Source: Octopus vulgaris
Taxonomy: Eukaryota
NCBI GenBank assembly: GCA_951406725.2
Contig: OX597822.1
Span: forward strand, 93,496,001 to 93,560,000
DNA: 64,000 nt
Direction: 5' to 3'
A program made the translations under genes and the position numbers. Under the pieces are notes generated by a model. That model saw only the letters and a program-made list of their open reading frames with translations, did no database searches and had not been told where the DNA came from. Of this stretch, positions 27,010 to 42,480 are shown piece by piece (position 1 is the first letter of the stretch; each line of letters begins with the position of its first letter).

Positions 27010-27760
27010 TTTTTTCCTATTAATACTTATATCTGTTTTTGTATGAGTCATAAATTTGGATGAAAATGGTCGATAAGAGTCAGATATGATCTTTAAGTAT
27101 GAAATATGGTTCTTGTGCTAACATTGCTTCAGCTCTAGTCAGTGACCTTTAGTTTTATCAATAGTATTGACATCGTGTAAGACGTCATTACTTGGTTTTT
27201 GTTCATAAATATTTGTGATTGAATTAGAGAAGACTCGATTGCTAGGCTCGTTAATTGACCTCTTGTAGTTATGTTTTTAATCTGAATCGATAATAAATAT
27301 TGCTGCTGGTTTTCAACTGTTTGACCCTGTTCTGAAATCAGTTGATATTTCTTCTAAAGCTGATATAGTGATTGAGAGGAATTAGACGTCTTGTAATAAG
27401 TTGTTAGGAGAACATTTTACCGTTTTAAAATCAAATTAGTCATTTATGCATCACACTTAACATGTATACACCGTTGACAAGCATAAATAAGGCTGGAGGT
27501 TTTTGTCTAACAGAAAATCTTTTCATATGAGACATGTGTTACAAACACAATACATATCGGAACTCAAGAGAACATCATTTGCGCTTCGGCTTTCTTCAGA
27601 CATTCAATGGCGTGTACTTGCTAGTCACGTGCCTAGACAAAATCTCTCCCCTCCCATATATAGGAAACAGTGAATGATACATTAACTGATAGTGCTGAAA
27701 GCTGTCAGGTTTGATAAAAGCTCTATGTACGCAATTGAAACAGCGTTAAATTAAAATAAG
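27010..27760. mobile_element. Highly degenerate Penelope-like relic (RT N-terminus on -, endonuclease tail on +)
   Basis: Minus EPYFILKDH..TKTDISI resembles the PLE ITLKDHK..NPTKSDIG region; plus FCLTENLFI resembles CLTEKLFI. Confidence 0.4.
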
Positions 27761-28329
27761 CATATATCATACTAAACATACATCGTTGACAACACAGCAT
27801 GTTTTAAGACATTTTCTCTCAGACTAAAACCACAGCATCATACCCGTCAACTGTGTATATACGTTAAGTATGATAAACAGAAAGTTTCACTTAGGGAATT
27901 GAATCTGCTGTAATGTTTGGATCTCGGTTTTTATTTCTCAAAAGGTTGTTTCTTAAGAGAGTCTATTAATATTGATATTTTTTATTTATATTTAAAACGA
28001 AAAGCATTGAGTAAATAACTCAATATGTAAAATACAATAAAATATTTAACTTGAAACTAACTTCAATGTTTCGCAAAGTAAGGCTTTTCAAACTCTAGAT
28101 GCAAGCAGGTGTTTACACAGCAGATGTATACACTGGCTCGGGATATTAAAGGTTAAAGACTAAAGATTTTAGTGTAATGGACGGAGTGTGATGATCGATA
28201 AAAAAAATAATGTATAATCGTTTGGGAGGAATGAACTGTATTCAGTACATAGTATATATGGTAAGATCAATTATAGGATGAACTGTAGAAGTGGAATCTG
28301 CTTGTTTGTATGGTATCTGAAGTCTAGAA

Positions 28330-28883
28330 CAGGGATCAGAGAACATTCTTAACCTATTACCCCAAAATATATTTATTTACGTTAACATTACCCCCTTGAT
28401 TTGAAAGGAAGAAAGTCAGTGATTCTTTGAATTCAAAATGTTTGTTGAATCTATTTATATGGAGAATACCTTTATAAATATAAAGGGTATAAAACAAATG
28501 CGATAAAATAAATTAATATTCTCTCTATAAAACAAAAGGATTTTTCTGGAAACTTTTTCACTCCAAGTTTTGGAGAAATAATGCATTTGGGGTATTTTGA
28601 TGCTAGAGCAATTTGTATACAGTCTTCGGGGTCCAATCGATTACTCTGATTTGTTTTTATATGTTCATTAGAATGGAAACTCCTTGTTTGCAAAGTTAGG
28701 TTGTTGAAAAAGGCAGCAACATTTTGACTGGCTCCTCGTGCTAGAAGAAAAAATTTTGTCGTAACAAGGAATACGTTTTTTTTTATATATATAATTTTAC
28801 TTATGTCAAATAAGTCCTCCTTACCCCCAAGAATTTCACTTTTGCCCCACTCGGGGTAATTTACCCCGGTTCACCGAGCCCTG
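28330..28883 (-). mobile_element. Non-autonomous hAT (Buster/Charlie-like) retaining a dimerization-domain remnant
   Basis: TIRs cagggatcagagaac / gttcaccgagccctg (12/15 match); TSD gtctagaa / gtctacaa; minus translation MLLPFSTT*LCKQG..IKTNQSNRLDPEDCIQIAL. Confidence 0.8.
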
Positions 28884-29505
28884 GTCTACAAGTAATTATT
28901 CTCGCTATTTATGAGAACTTTCAAAATAGAGCTTTTAAAAGTTTTCATTTGTTAGTGATAATGTTAGGAACTCCGGTCAACATATGTAGTGTAACCTATT
29001 TCAGTTTGGGTTGGGCTGTTTTTAAAAGAAACGTTCATAATTTATATTTTTAATGACTTCAGTTTTAATTAAAAGGAAAATATTAAAATTGCGAAGTATT
29101 ATCGAGGTTAATATTCAGCAGTTTAAAAATTACCTCTTCAAAATTTGAATTTAATATTTTAATTTTCATTAATTAACTGTAAATTATAAATACATTATAA
29201 TAACTTATATGAGTGCATATATATTTATATCATTTAATTTAACACAGGATTTAAAAGTTAGCTACAATAAGTTTTATAGTTGGACAGTACAGTAATCAAA
29301 CAAACTTCTTTAGCGTGTACTATCCTGCAAAATTGTACACGTTTATTGGTTTTGTTGATTCTACCAGTAACGGAATAGTACGCTATATTTATGTATGTAT
29401 GTGCCGGCGCGTGCGAGTAAGCGTACACATACATATGTGCATACGCACACACATAATATGTATATACACATATATACATATATATGTATATATACAAATA
29501 CATAT

Positions 29506-29540
<35 letters not shown>

Positions 29541-29618
29541 CAAGATAAGAAAATGGAGAAATACATCTAAATCAAATATCAATTACCAGATAATACTCAA
29601 TCACATACTTTATTAAAC

Positions 29619-29690
<72 letters not shown>

Positions 29691-29796
29691 TATATCAGAT
29701 AAATATATATGTGTGTGTGTGTGTGTGTATATATATATACATGTGTGTGTGTGTGTGTGAGTAAAGAGAGAGAGAGAGATAGAGAGAGAGTAAAGA

Positions 29797-30123
29797 CAGT
29801 CTTCGGTCATGAATGACCATGAGATTGCACCTAGAAGGTGCCCCCACTCTGAGACACACGTCCAGGCAAAGTTGTTTATGGAAGACCAGCAGTCGCTCAT
29901 CCACAGCAGTCTTCCCTATCCACGCCACCGGTGTTGTCCCAAGCAAAGGCAAAGGCTGACAGCCAGGCATTACTGACGTCGCAACTCATTTCTACAGGTG
30001 AATGAACTGGAGCAACGTGAAATAAAGTGTCTTGCTCAAGAACACAACACACAGCCCGTTCCGAGAATCGAACTCACTATCTCATGATTGCAAGCCCGAC
30101 GCTCTAACCACTGAGCCATGCAC
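29797..30123 (-). mobile_element. tRNA-derived SINE family D
   Basis: Head gcatggctcagtggttagagcg..gagttcgattc and ttcttgagcaagacact core; second copy at 34133-34455; related heads at ~26797(+) and 33015(-). Confidence 0.8.
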
Positions 30124-31249
30124 ACACATACACATACACACACACTCATACACGCACACATACATATATACACACATACAGACATTCATATATGTGTATA
30201 TATATATATATATATACACATATATATATATACATATATATACATACATACATTCATATGTATGTATGTATGTATGTATGTACACACACACATACAGACA
30301 CAAAGCACAAGATATATCGGAGCGAGGTGAACATCGTTACGGTGGCCGCACAGAGAGTTTTGGCATTCATTTTGGAGCAGGATTTGATTTTCTACGCCCA
30401 CTTCCGCATATTTTCAATCTATCCTCGACAAAGGCATGAACATCACATAATCTCATAGTTGCAAGTCTCTGCTGTACAAGCTTAGTGGGTTGGTAAGGTT
30501 TTTCCAAATGTATTTCGTGAATTTAAATATGATTTCTTTAGGAAAATTTTTTCAGAAGGCCAAAAAATCTCATTTATTCCAAATACCTTCTTTAAACAAT
30601 CATGGAAACGGCTCCTGGTCTGATTAAGAAACTATTACTAGTAATTGTTTAAGTAGTAACATGAACTTGGCGATTTCTCTTTGGGACGACTAAATTATCT
30701 AAGCTCCGTCTTGGTTCATTGATTTAATTACACGTCCTACGATTCTAAAAGATAATGGATAAATGAAAAAAATGTAGAAATTTTACAGACCATTGGAAAC
30801 GAATTTATTTTGTTATATTTAGTACCCACTCCTCTCTTAATGGTTTAACTCGTTTAAAGAAGATCTTAACCACCAATAAAACTACACCCATTATACAAAA
30901 TCTCCGTTCATTGTATGAGAGTTGATTCCATTTCACTTTAATCTTATACTTGATACCCCTTTAATAACAATTTATAAAAGCCGAAACTTCAACAATGTCA
31001 ATGAAGTAAATCACGTCCGTGTCTTATCTGTCATTTCGGTACTTTCCGGTGAAGCTTCTGCTGTATTATATTGCTTGATGAGCCATCGGGCAACCTGCCA
31101 CGGCCAATAATAGTTGTTCTTTTTTCTCTGCCTTTATATAAAAGTATCCGACTTTTGAATATATTTCACTATATGAAAAAAAAACAAAAAAAACAAACCT
31201 AGGTCTGTATATGTATGTGTGATCTCATCTCTCTCTCTCTCTGTCTCTC

Positions 31250-31313
<64 letters not shown>

Positions 31314-32430
31314 TTCAGATATATTTTGATATTTCCATAGAAAGTGCTTTTACTCCGGGAACTTCTGTGTATACTGGATGTTTTGTAGAAGAGACTTGGT
31401 GGTGTAATACCTATTTCTTTATTACCCACAAGGGGCTAAACATAGAGGGGACAAACAAGGACAGACATAGGTATTAAGTCTATAACATCGACCCCAGTGA
31501 GTAACTGGTACTTAATTTATCGACCCCGAAAGGATGAAAGGCAAAGTCGACCTCGGCGGAATTTGAACTCAGAACGTAGCGGCAGACAAAATACCTATTC
31601 TATTTATCGCCTTTGCTGTTTCAGTTCGCAGTGTTTTTAATCGTAGGATTAACATGTCGTCGTCTTTTGTATCTGCAGACAGTATTTATTTAAAATTGCC
31701 TGTAAATTAGTTTGGAGTCAGAATCAGTCCAAAACATTTGTTTTTTTCTCAACGAGTTATACTCCCTCCGTATACTTTTTATTCTTTTATCGATTTCAGT
31801 CTTTGGATAATAGCCATGTTGGGGCACTACCTCTTTTAGTTCATTATATTGAACTCAAATAGTTTTCTCTGGCAGATATTTTATTTATCTCGTGAGAAAC
31901 CAGAAACAAGTCGTCTTTTTTGGACGTAAACATAGATGGCTTGGTTGAACTGTCAAGTGTGTTTTGAACTGTCAAGGGTGTTTTTGTTTGACGCAGCGTT
32001 TTTCTTTTCATACAGCCACGCAGTTTACTTCTATGTCACATATAGATTTTGGTCAACCGAAGCCTATGGCAAAATCACACTTACCACATAGTAGAATAAA
32101 ACTCGGAAATATGTAATTGCAAAATGAACTTCTTAAACACACAACCTCATCTCCTGCACCAATATTCACACACAACTTACAATTCTCGTAGAGGTAAAGG
32201 CTTTCCTCGATATTAAAATCACTTTCTTAGTCTGGCTCCCGTGTAGAGGTAGCCATCATGTCTGCTATGGTGTGGAATTGAAATGACAAAAAACATCTTG
32301 CTAGAAACGGAAATGTCTCTATTGAATGCATATCTTCTTTCTTTGCCTTGAGTCTATAAACGCGAGGCGAGAAACTTTCAAGCTGTTGAAAGTGAAAGAC
32401 TACTCTAACTGTTCTGAACTTGACGACTGT

Positions 32431-32978
32431 CCGATATGCGATTTTTTTTTGCCACGAGAGTTCTGGTCCCCAGTTATGAACTCATTTGCATACAGCCAAT
32501 CAGAGCTCAACGATGAAACTAATTTATGAGCGCATAACAAGTGATAGGTGATAAGATAAGGTCACTTGGGTAAGGAATGACCTTGCTTCTCTCTTTTAAT
32601 AATGCTTATTGTTCTTGTTCTTGTTTGAACCATGGCAGCCTCTGCGTAGTTATTTGTGTTGTTGTTTACTTTGTAAAACAATAAGGGGAGAGGTTTGCTA
32701 GCACGTTACCCTCTACTCACATTTTTCTCATCCACATCTTTACCATATAGGGCCCTAACAAAATCCGATAATAGGTATAGCTGCAAATTTAATTGTCCTC
32801 TTCTAAAATCAGGCATAACTTGGCGATCGGTCGACTCACAACACCATTCTTCGACTTGAGTTTACTTGGTAGAGTGTGTTTGTTAACTTGACATGGTCAA
32901 GGTGAACTCTGATTGGCTGTATGCAAATGAATTCATTACTGCGGTCCGGAACTCTCGTGGGAAAAAATTCGCGTTCGG
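32431..32978. mobile_element. MITE-like element with ~80-bp imperfect TIRs
   Basis: ccacgagagttc..catttgcatacagccaatcagag and ctctgattggctgtatgcaaatg..gaactctcgtgg are reverse complements. Confidence 0.75.
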
Positions 32979-33823
32979 TATAGGGTTATTCCCCATGGAC
33001 TACTCGTACTTATTTATTGCTGAGCAAACTGGAGCAATGTAAATATAGTACCTTGCTTAAGGATATAGCATGTTGCCTGATCGGAGAATTGAACTTACAA
33101 CCTGATCGTCGTGAGTTCTCTCCACTTTAATCCCTGATTACAGTTATTGCTGTAGCGACCATGTAACTCTGGGACAGGGTGGGTGAATTGATTAAAGATC
33201 TCTGGGCCGTCAGTTCACCAACAAACCGGATGCCATAGTCGTGTGGTGCCAGTACCTGTTTCAATAGCCTTGGGTACCATGACACACCCATGTAGAAATT
33301 CCTGAGAAAGGGAAGTAGTTAGAGATGAAGACGAATTTGACGACGCTGAGAAGAATTAGGGGATTCAGCTCAGGCGTAGCGTGACGATCCTGAGAAAAAG
33401 TTGAGGCTTAGAGATCCATTGCTATAAAAAATGATTATATAGAGATTTTTAACGTTTGTGGCTGAAATTATCTTTGTAAGAGCGGTATAGGTTCGGAGAA
33501 AATTGAAGAAAGCGCCACTTCAGTTCCGTCTAAGGTTGGGTTTAGCATGGGAGGACAATGCTACAATGGGAGGGAGGAGCAGCAACGAATGAGGAGAACT
33601 ACTGGTTGATGTATTTGGGGATAGACGAAGGTTCCTTCCCCTCTTTATTTATACATGTGATTTACCCCAGATTTATTGCTACCATGTTGACTTATGTATA
33701 AAATACGGGATTTATCATGCATACAACAAACACATGCATAAGTACAGACATAAAAATGCGGACGCATGTAGATGCACACACTACGGATACATACAAACAT
33801 GTATGTGTGCATCCTTGTATATA

Positions 33824-34100
33824 TGGAAGCACTCCGTCGGCTACGACGACGAGGGTTCCGGTTGATCCGAATCAACGGAACGGCCTGCTCGTGAAATTAA
33901 CGTGTAAGTGGCTGAGCACTCCACAGACACGTGTACCCTTAACGTAGTTCTCGGGGATATTCAGCGTGACACAGAGAGTGACAAGGCCGGCCCTTTGAAA
34001 TACAGGTACAACAGAAACAGGAAGTAAGAGTGAGAGAAAGTTGTGGTGAAAGAGTAAAGCAGGGATCACCACCATCCCCTGCCGGAGCCTTGTGGAGCTT
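33824..34100 (-). mobile_element. SINE family C, 5'-truncated
   Basis: Nearly identical to 53528-53800. Confidence 0.88.
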
Positions 34101-34637
34101 GTATATATATGCTATTATAAAAAGGATAAAGACTTCCTTCGGTCATGGGTGACCATGATATTGCACCTAGGAAGTTTCCTTCCGAGGCACAAATCCGAGC
34201 AAGGTTGTTTATGGAAGGCCAACAGTCACCCGTGCATACCAGCCTTCCCTCTTCACCGATGCGATCCAAGGAAAAGGTAAAGGCCGATACAGCTTAGCAC
34301 TCGTGGTGAAGCAACTCATTTCTACAGCTGAGTGAACTGGAGCAACGTAAAATAAAGTGATTTTACTCAAGAACACAACAGCCCGTTCCGTAAATCGAAC
34401 TCACTACCTCACGATTGTCATCCCGATATTTTAACCACCGAGCCTTGCACCTTCACATATGCTATTATAGAGGTGTTAATATTTAAACGTGTGTATATTT
34501 GATAATAAACATTTAAATATTTGCTCACCAATTTGAGCTGAACCGAGCTTTTCAGGAAGTACGTATGTTGTTTGTGTTCGTGTGTCTGTTTGTTGAGTGT
34601 TTGTATATTTTATATGAAAAGCTGGAGGTGAATTATT

Positions 34638-35400
<763 letters not shown>

Positions 35401-36271
35401 CAGAATGTTTTTTTTTACGTTTTGGTGTGTATGTGTATGTGTATAACATATGCTCGCGCGCGTGTGTTTCAGTGCGTATATTAGTGGCAGAGGTGAGGCT
35501 GGGTCTTTCTGTTTTTGGCTGGCATAGGTGGTAAGGCAGTGGTTGAACAGTGAAAAAAAGTTGGCAGATAATTCTAAGGCTGTTTTTTTCTTTGACACTC
35601 TTAGTGTTAACGTTGTTGCTTCTGTTTCCTGTGATCCGTTCCAACGAGGAATAAGCTCCGTGTATATATTAAAGTAAGATCAGTTGCAATTGCGTACGTG
35701 AGCCATAAATGAGTTTAGTCACGAAGACAGAACAGTTGGAGAACATCAGAACGATCAAACTGGGAGAGGGCGCTGGCCTGTTTCAATGCACTGATCCACA
35801 TAAGTTCACATTAATACAACGGACACATTAAGGCAACGTGTTACAGAGGCCACATTTCGAGTAGTTGAACCGACCAACCGGTTTCGATTCCCAGGTGAAG
35901 CAGCTTTTTATTTCACCCTTATTAGTGTCCCCGATAAAGGCATAAATAAATGCCTCGAACTTTCATAATCTATTTCTTGATAATCATCTTTCATTTGTTT
36001 CCGTCATTAGACTGCGGTGCGGCCATGCTGGGGCACTGCTTTGACGATTTTAGTCGAATAAATTTTAAAGCTCGGTGCTTATTCCATCAGACGCTATTTA
36101 CTGAACGGCTAAGTTACAGGATTTAAAGAAACCAATACCGGTTGTCCAGTGATGGGGGAGGAGGCAAAGACAATGGCACACACACATGCGTGCACACACA
36201 CACACACACACACATACACACACACACGCACACACACACACGCACGTACACACACGCACACACACACACGC

Positions 36272-36308
<37 letters not shown>

Positions 36309-37293
36309 CGCACACACGGGCACTCACGCATATTATACGACAATCTTTTTTTCAGTTACTTTCCACCAAATTCACTCAAGGCTTTGGTCAGCCCGGGACT
36401 ATAGTAGATGACAGTTACCCAAAGTGCCACCCTGTGGGACAGAACCCAAGAGCAAATGGTTGGGAAACAAGCGTCTGAAGCATACAGCCACGTCTGCATT
36501 TACTTTTACTTGTTCAACAAGAGGTTGTGGCTGTGCTGGGGCACCGCCATAAATATAAGAAACGGTTATTCTTAAATAATATAACATAAGAGCATTATAA
36601 AATTGGTACAGCGTCGAAAAAATGCCTTGCAGTAATTCACCCGGATATTTACTATTCTGAGTTCAAAACCTGCCGAGGTCAACTTTGTTTTTCATCTTTT
36701 TGGAGCCGATAAGATAAATACCAGTCATGTACAGGGGTCGATGGTACTCACTAACCTCATCTTCTCAAAATCGCTTGACTTCTAACTAAATCGGGAACCA
36801 CAGTTTTATTATTATATGATGATGGATCGGTAGAATCGGTAGCGCATCGCGAAAAAATACCTTATGGTGTTTGTTTCGGCTCATTATATTTTAAGTTCAA
36901 ATCCTGTCGAGATCAATTTTGCGTTTCATCCTTTCGAGATTGATGAAATGACGTACCAGTCATGTACTGGAGTCGATGGTATCGACTAGTTCTTCTGCTC
37001 AAAACTTCTAGCCTTGTGCCTATAGACTGGAGCACAATAGTTGGGCCCATTGGTGGTCAGGGTGAACTTGAATCCGTGGGGTTCCTTGCTTGACTCTATA
37101 TGGAGGTTCTGTATCATGAAGGTTGCCTCCTTCGTGTGTTCACTTATTTTGCATTGTATGTACATTTTTTTACATCATTTTCCCATTTCTCCCTTTCTTT
37201 CACCTCAACTTTTATGCAAATCCCACACCCAAATTGTAATCTTTCCTTCTAGTGTCCACCTCATTTGATGCACCCGTGGCAAATAAAAGAAAT

Positions 37294-37297
37294 CATT

Positions 37298-37328
<31 letters not shown>

Positions 37329-37371
37329 CCCTCACCATCACCATCACCATATCATCATCCTCATCATCATC

Positions 37372-37465
<94 letters not shown>

Positions 37466-37483
37466 TCATCATCATCATTATTA
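37294..37483. repeat. Compound trinucleotide microsatellite (CAT)n-(ATT)n-(AGT)n
   Basis: Direct reading. Confidence 0.95.
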
Positions 37484-40400
37484 TAACCACCGACATATGA
37501 ACTCACTCATAGTTTACATTAGGTTTTACAACACAAAGGATATCCAATATAAAACATTGAAGTCATGTTTTCCAGCAGCTCCAAAATTCCGTTCTCTTCG
37601 TTTCCTGACCGTTGTAACTTGAAAGACTTGCCACTTCCTTCGCTAATATCTTCTAACCCTACAGACATGACACATCAATCAGACGACAAATAACTGATTT
37701 GTTTATCTTTTACAGTAACGTCAGATCAAATGGAGAATTGAATTTGTTTAGATTTTGACTGAGATTTATTCACAAGAAACATCCTAGTTTTAGCAGCTGA
37801 TCCAATCGATGCATTGTCAGACTATCGACTAGGGTGTCAGTAGTTCGTATCATGTCACCAGCGTTTAGTTATACCTACGAGCAAAATATTTAACATTTAG
37901 TCAATTTCCCTGACTCCAAATAAACATCGTACGCTGGCCACCCCCATAGTTCCACGCAATATCAATATATATTTCTTTACTACCCACAAGGGGCTAAACA
38001 CAGAGGGGACAAACAAGGACAGACAAACGGATTAAGACGATTACATCGACCCCAGTAGGTAACTGGTACTTAATTTATCGACCCCGAAAGGATGAAAGGC
38101 AAAGTCGACCTCGGCGGAATTCGAACTCAGAGCGTAACGGCAGACGAAATACGGCTACGCATTTCGCCCGGGGTTCTAACGGTTCTGCCAACTCGCCGCC
38201 TTAGCCAACTCGCCGCCTTAGCCAACTCGCCGCCTTAGCCAACTCGCCGCCAAAATCAATATCATATAACTAATGAGTTTTGTCGTGTTTTCTTTAACAA
38301 GAGTCCACAATATTATGTAAGTTGCGTGTGGAGACAAGAATAGCCACAGTAATATTTGAGTTTTCATATATTTTATAAACCCGCATCGCTAATATTCACA
38401 TGTGTACATATAAATAATTTAAAGGAACAACGTTCATAAAACAATGAACATAATAGTTAGGAATAATACGTGCTAGATGATATTATGCAAGTGGTGCCAA
38501 ATATCGTTTCAGTGAATCCAGTTGTCTCCCACATTTGCCGAAACGTAAGTGGAAGCGAGAGATCAACTCACTGAGCAAAGTGACATAGTTGCATCTAGAC
38601 GGGTGAGTGACTCTGGCCTGAAGTTGAACTTGTCAGCTTTTTATTACCATAAGCCAAATTTTCGAGAAGCTTCGTTCAAGAATATTTGGCAAGAAAACTC
38701 GTACACTTTCTTTGAAGTTCATCACATCAGCCATAATAATAAGAATATCAAGCCATATTCACGTTTGCATTATTGATTTTATGGTAACACTTTTCCTTTT
38801 ACGGTGATACAATAGGTCGTGGCCCTGAACTGAGGAAGCCTGAGAGCTTTGGTTCTAAACTCAGAAGCCTTGTGTTATATTATGATTAGTTTGTGAGTTT
38901 AATCTCATGTATAAATGGAAGCTACTCTAGAATTTAATTTCAGATTAGAGTCGTCTGTTGTGGCGATTTACATTAAATCTAGTTACAAGCTAGCTATGTT
39001 GGTCAATGCATTAGTTCATCGAATCATATTTTATTAATCTAGGAAAGAGTCCAATATTAATTTTTAGAAAAAGCCTACACATTTTCTAGGGTAGATAATT
39101 ATTAACTGGAAATATCAAGGTCTATTAGGATTGTCTTCTATTTCTTCTTTTTGGTCCCACATAAGTAAATGGAAACTTGTTACGGGCGAGTGGACAGCTG
39201 AAGAAATCTTCAGAGGGAGGACTCCCGCCGGGCAAATGTTTCGGCCCATTGGTTCGTAACAATCTAATGAAGCATGGCTCATCTAGCCCTGCTGCTTTCG
39301 TAATGCTATTTTTATTGAGGATTGAACTCGAAACCTTCGAGTGATCTTATTTCCCTGAACTATGGCGTATACCACACGGCTATGAAGATTATCGAAAGAA
39401 CTTGCACGGTGGATCTATTTCAATCTGAGTTTTCCTCTATCTATTCTCTGTTTAGCGGCTTGCAGTATTCTTTTTCAGCTCTAGCTATCGCCTCTCTTTG
39501 CTGATAGCTTCATTGAGCTTTTTTTAGCTGCCTCTGACAGGCGTTTCCCCATTTTATGTTTTATGCAATTTCGAAATTGATGATGATGGTGGTGGTGGTG
39601 GTGGCCGTTTGTCCACCCTATTTCCGTATCCATGGCTCTTTCCAGTAGATGGGGCTGGATTCTGCTATGAGAAATGGAAACACACTAAGGTAGAGAACTT
39701 AGATTGCCAACAGACTTTTGTGGTGAAATACTGGTGCTTTGATATATAGAACAAATTTCTGAATCTCCCTTTATGCTCTTCCTTACATGGTTGTGATGCA
39801 GGTGCTTATGCAAATGTGGTTAGTATTTCATTAACATCTGGTACAACGAGGTCGATGTAAAGTAAATATATAGTCTGACCTTTAACCACCGCAGGAAATT
39901 GCCTTTCTGGTGACTTGTCTTGCCACTTTCTCGATGTTTAGTAAAGATTAATGAGATACTCAACTTTACTTTCTCTTTTTTCTTACTGATCTTTAATCAG
40001 TCCATTTCTTTTGCAACATTTCCTTTCATTTTTTTTTTTTTGTCATCTAAATCGACATTATCTTCTTTTGAAGAGATAAAAGTATTTGTAAAGCTATTCT
40101 TGTAATTTCAGTACATTGTGTTTTATGGAAATTGCTTGCCTTTTCTTGAACCTTCTTATCTATCTTATATTATGTCTTCATGTATAGCAGAACCAGTTTT
40201 GTTTCTTTGAGCTCTTGTTCTTTGGTTTTATAGTTTTTGTGTTACTTTATTCCAATCTTTGATGGGTTTCACATATTCTAATTTTGTCTTTCCTTTGGGA
40301 CAGTTGAAATAGTTGACGATTATATCTTCTTCACATGTTCGTATGAAAGCCCAGCTTCTGGAAGGTCAGCAGAAGTATTAGCTTACGTTTCGACAAATGT

Positions 40401-42149
40401 GGGGGACAATTGGATCCACTGAAACAATATTTGGTGACTATGCTAATAATAAGGATGTCTTCTTAAAGTAATAATTTGTTGTCATTTTATTTTGACATCG
40501 CTGCATGCGTTACCATGATTTTTGTTATGAGGTTTGTGGTGAGTGACATGGATTTTAACGAGCAAAGTAATTTAAATTCAAGCTAATTACGATACGGTTC
40601 TCTCATACCCTTAATCCATACATACCCTATTTCCAAGTTTTATATTTAAAATCTGTTTTGGTGTGTCTGGAACTATATTATCTAGAATTACATTACCTAA
40701 TCTCCGGTTGTGATATGACAGGGTGTGATATGTGGTAAATTGGGTTGCTATTTCTAGTATGATAATCAACCGCTTAGTGGCGCTAATTTTGCTTGTGTCG
40801 TAGTGAACTTGTAAAATAATGTTACCTGGTCATGAACAACATCAGATATACAGGAGATCAAAATTGCAAGTAAAACATTCATCTCCAATATGAAGAATGT
40901 CAAACTGTGAAGTGTAAACATGACACACGTTCACAACTGTCTAATGTATCTAATAAATTTAACTGCTATTGCGATTAGTATGTGGGGGCATCCCCCTTAC
41001 TAAAGTTCAGTATAAAACCAATCTATGTTCAATTATAATTAATTTACAAACGCAGTGGCGATTAATATCTATGAGTACATACCATAAAGTTGGTTAACTT
41101 GCAGTTTGGGATTTTTAAAAAAAATTGGAAAATGACTGGAAGTGGTGTCAGTAACAATGCATTAGTTCATAGAATACATAGAGCGAACTGGTGAAATCTT
41201 CTAATATTAATTTTATTAACAGGACCCCATCATTAGGCCTTGTCTACAGGCTCCTACTAGTGTAGTACCTTCTTGTGATATCGTATTTCAGAAATAGCAA
41301 TCAATGACCATTAAAAATATGATTTTTATCTTATATATGTAAGCTTTCTCATATTATATAAAATATATGTGCGTTCTGTACAATAGCTATATTACATAGA
41401 TTTGTTTATATGAAATTATAAAGGATATCACTGTCTTAATTTCCGGTTAATTTACTTTCATTTTTTTGAAACTCCTAAACTGCATGTTACTGTGAAATTT
41501 TGTATAATACTGTGTTATGTTCATTTTTAATTCATTTATAAATTCAATGACAGTCAATATGTCTGGGTATACCCCGTAGTAGTTAACTATAAAACTATGT
41601 CTATTTATACTCAATACGGTCTCGCAAATTTGAACGTGAATATCAAATCGCTGTTCGAATCTGCCTGAACGTATTACGAATAAATAGACGCGTGATTATT
41701 TTGGTTCTCGTTTCACTACGTGCACCCAATGAATTATTATGTTTAATTACAGTTAGGTTATAAACACTGTGACAATTAATATCTATGCATATATCTCATA
41801 CCACTATGTTATGTTTGATTACAATTATAGCAAGGTAATTTCTCTTAAGACGAAGGAACATTACAGTTGTAGTTGGTTAGCCTTGGTATTTGGTTATGGT
41901 CGTAACATTTACATAACTTCTGGCAATTATAATTTAGCTTGTTTTTAGCAAAGTTCCTTGTTGTAGAACAGTCATAAACAGAAATTTTCGGGAAGAGGGC
42001 TACATGAGACATGGCTCATCATCATGTGAGCTGCACTACTAAAAAAAATCCATGTTAATTTTACTTTAGGCGTACCAGACTGAAAGTCCCGCAGACCATA
42101 AGTTGCACATGACTGTTGTGGAATATATTTTGACAGGTTTTCAACAGGT

Positions 42150-42480
42150 GCTAGAATCGTTTATGTAGAATTTTAATAAATAGATGGATACTGAGCGAAA
42201 GCACATCATTTAGGTTGAAGGTTGAATTAAACGATTTTTTTTCCTTTTTCTATTTTTCTTTTGGGAGATGTTGGTGTTGTGTGAATTGTATATTGAACTT
42301 CTTTTTCTATAACCACTTTTGTGAATTGCTTTATGGTCAGGTGTTGAAATTTCGTTGAATATCGAGCTATTGGGAGGTAAATCTGAGAGTCCTAATGAAG
42401 TGTTCTTATTGAGATTTTTCATTATACTTTGAGGGTGATTATAGACTTTTCTTATCTGCACTAGTACATTAATATGTAAA
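42150..42480 (-). mobile_element. Penelope-like RT/linker relic
   Basis: NHPQSIMKNL...LSDLPPNSSIFNEISTPDHKAIHKSGY...KKNRKRK matches the PLE pattern HPP.I...I..RIS.LSSN..IF......Y..AL..SGY...RKR. Confidence 0.65.
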
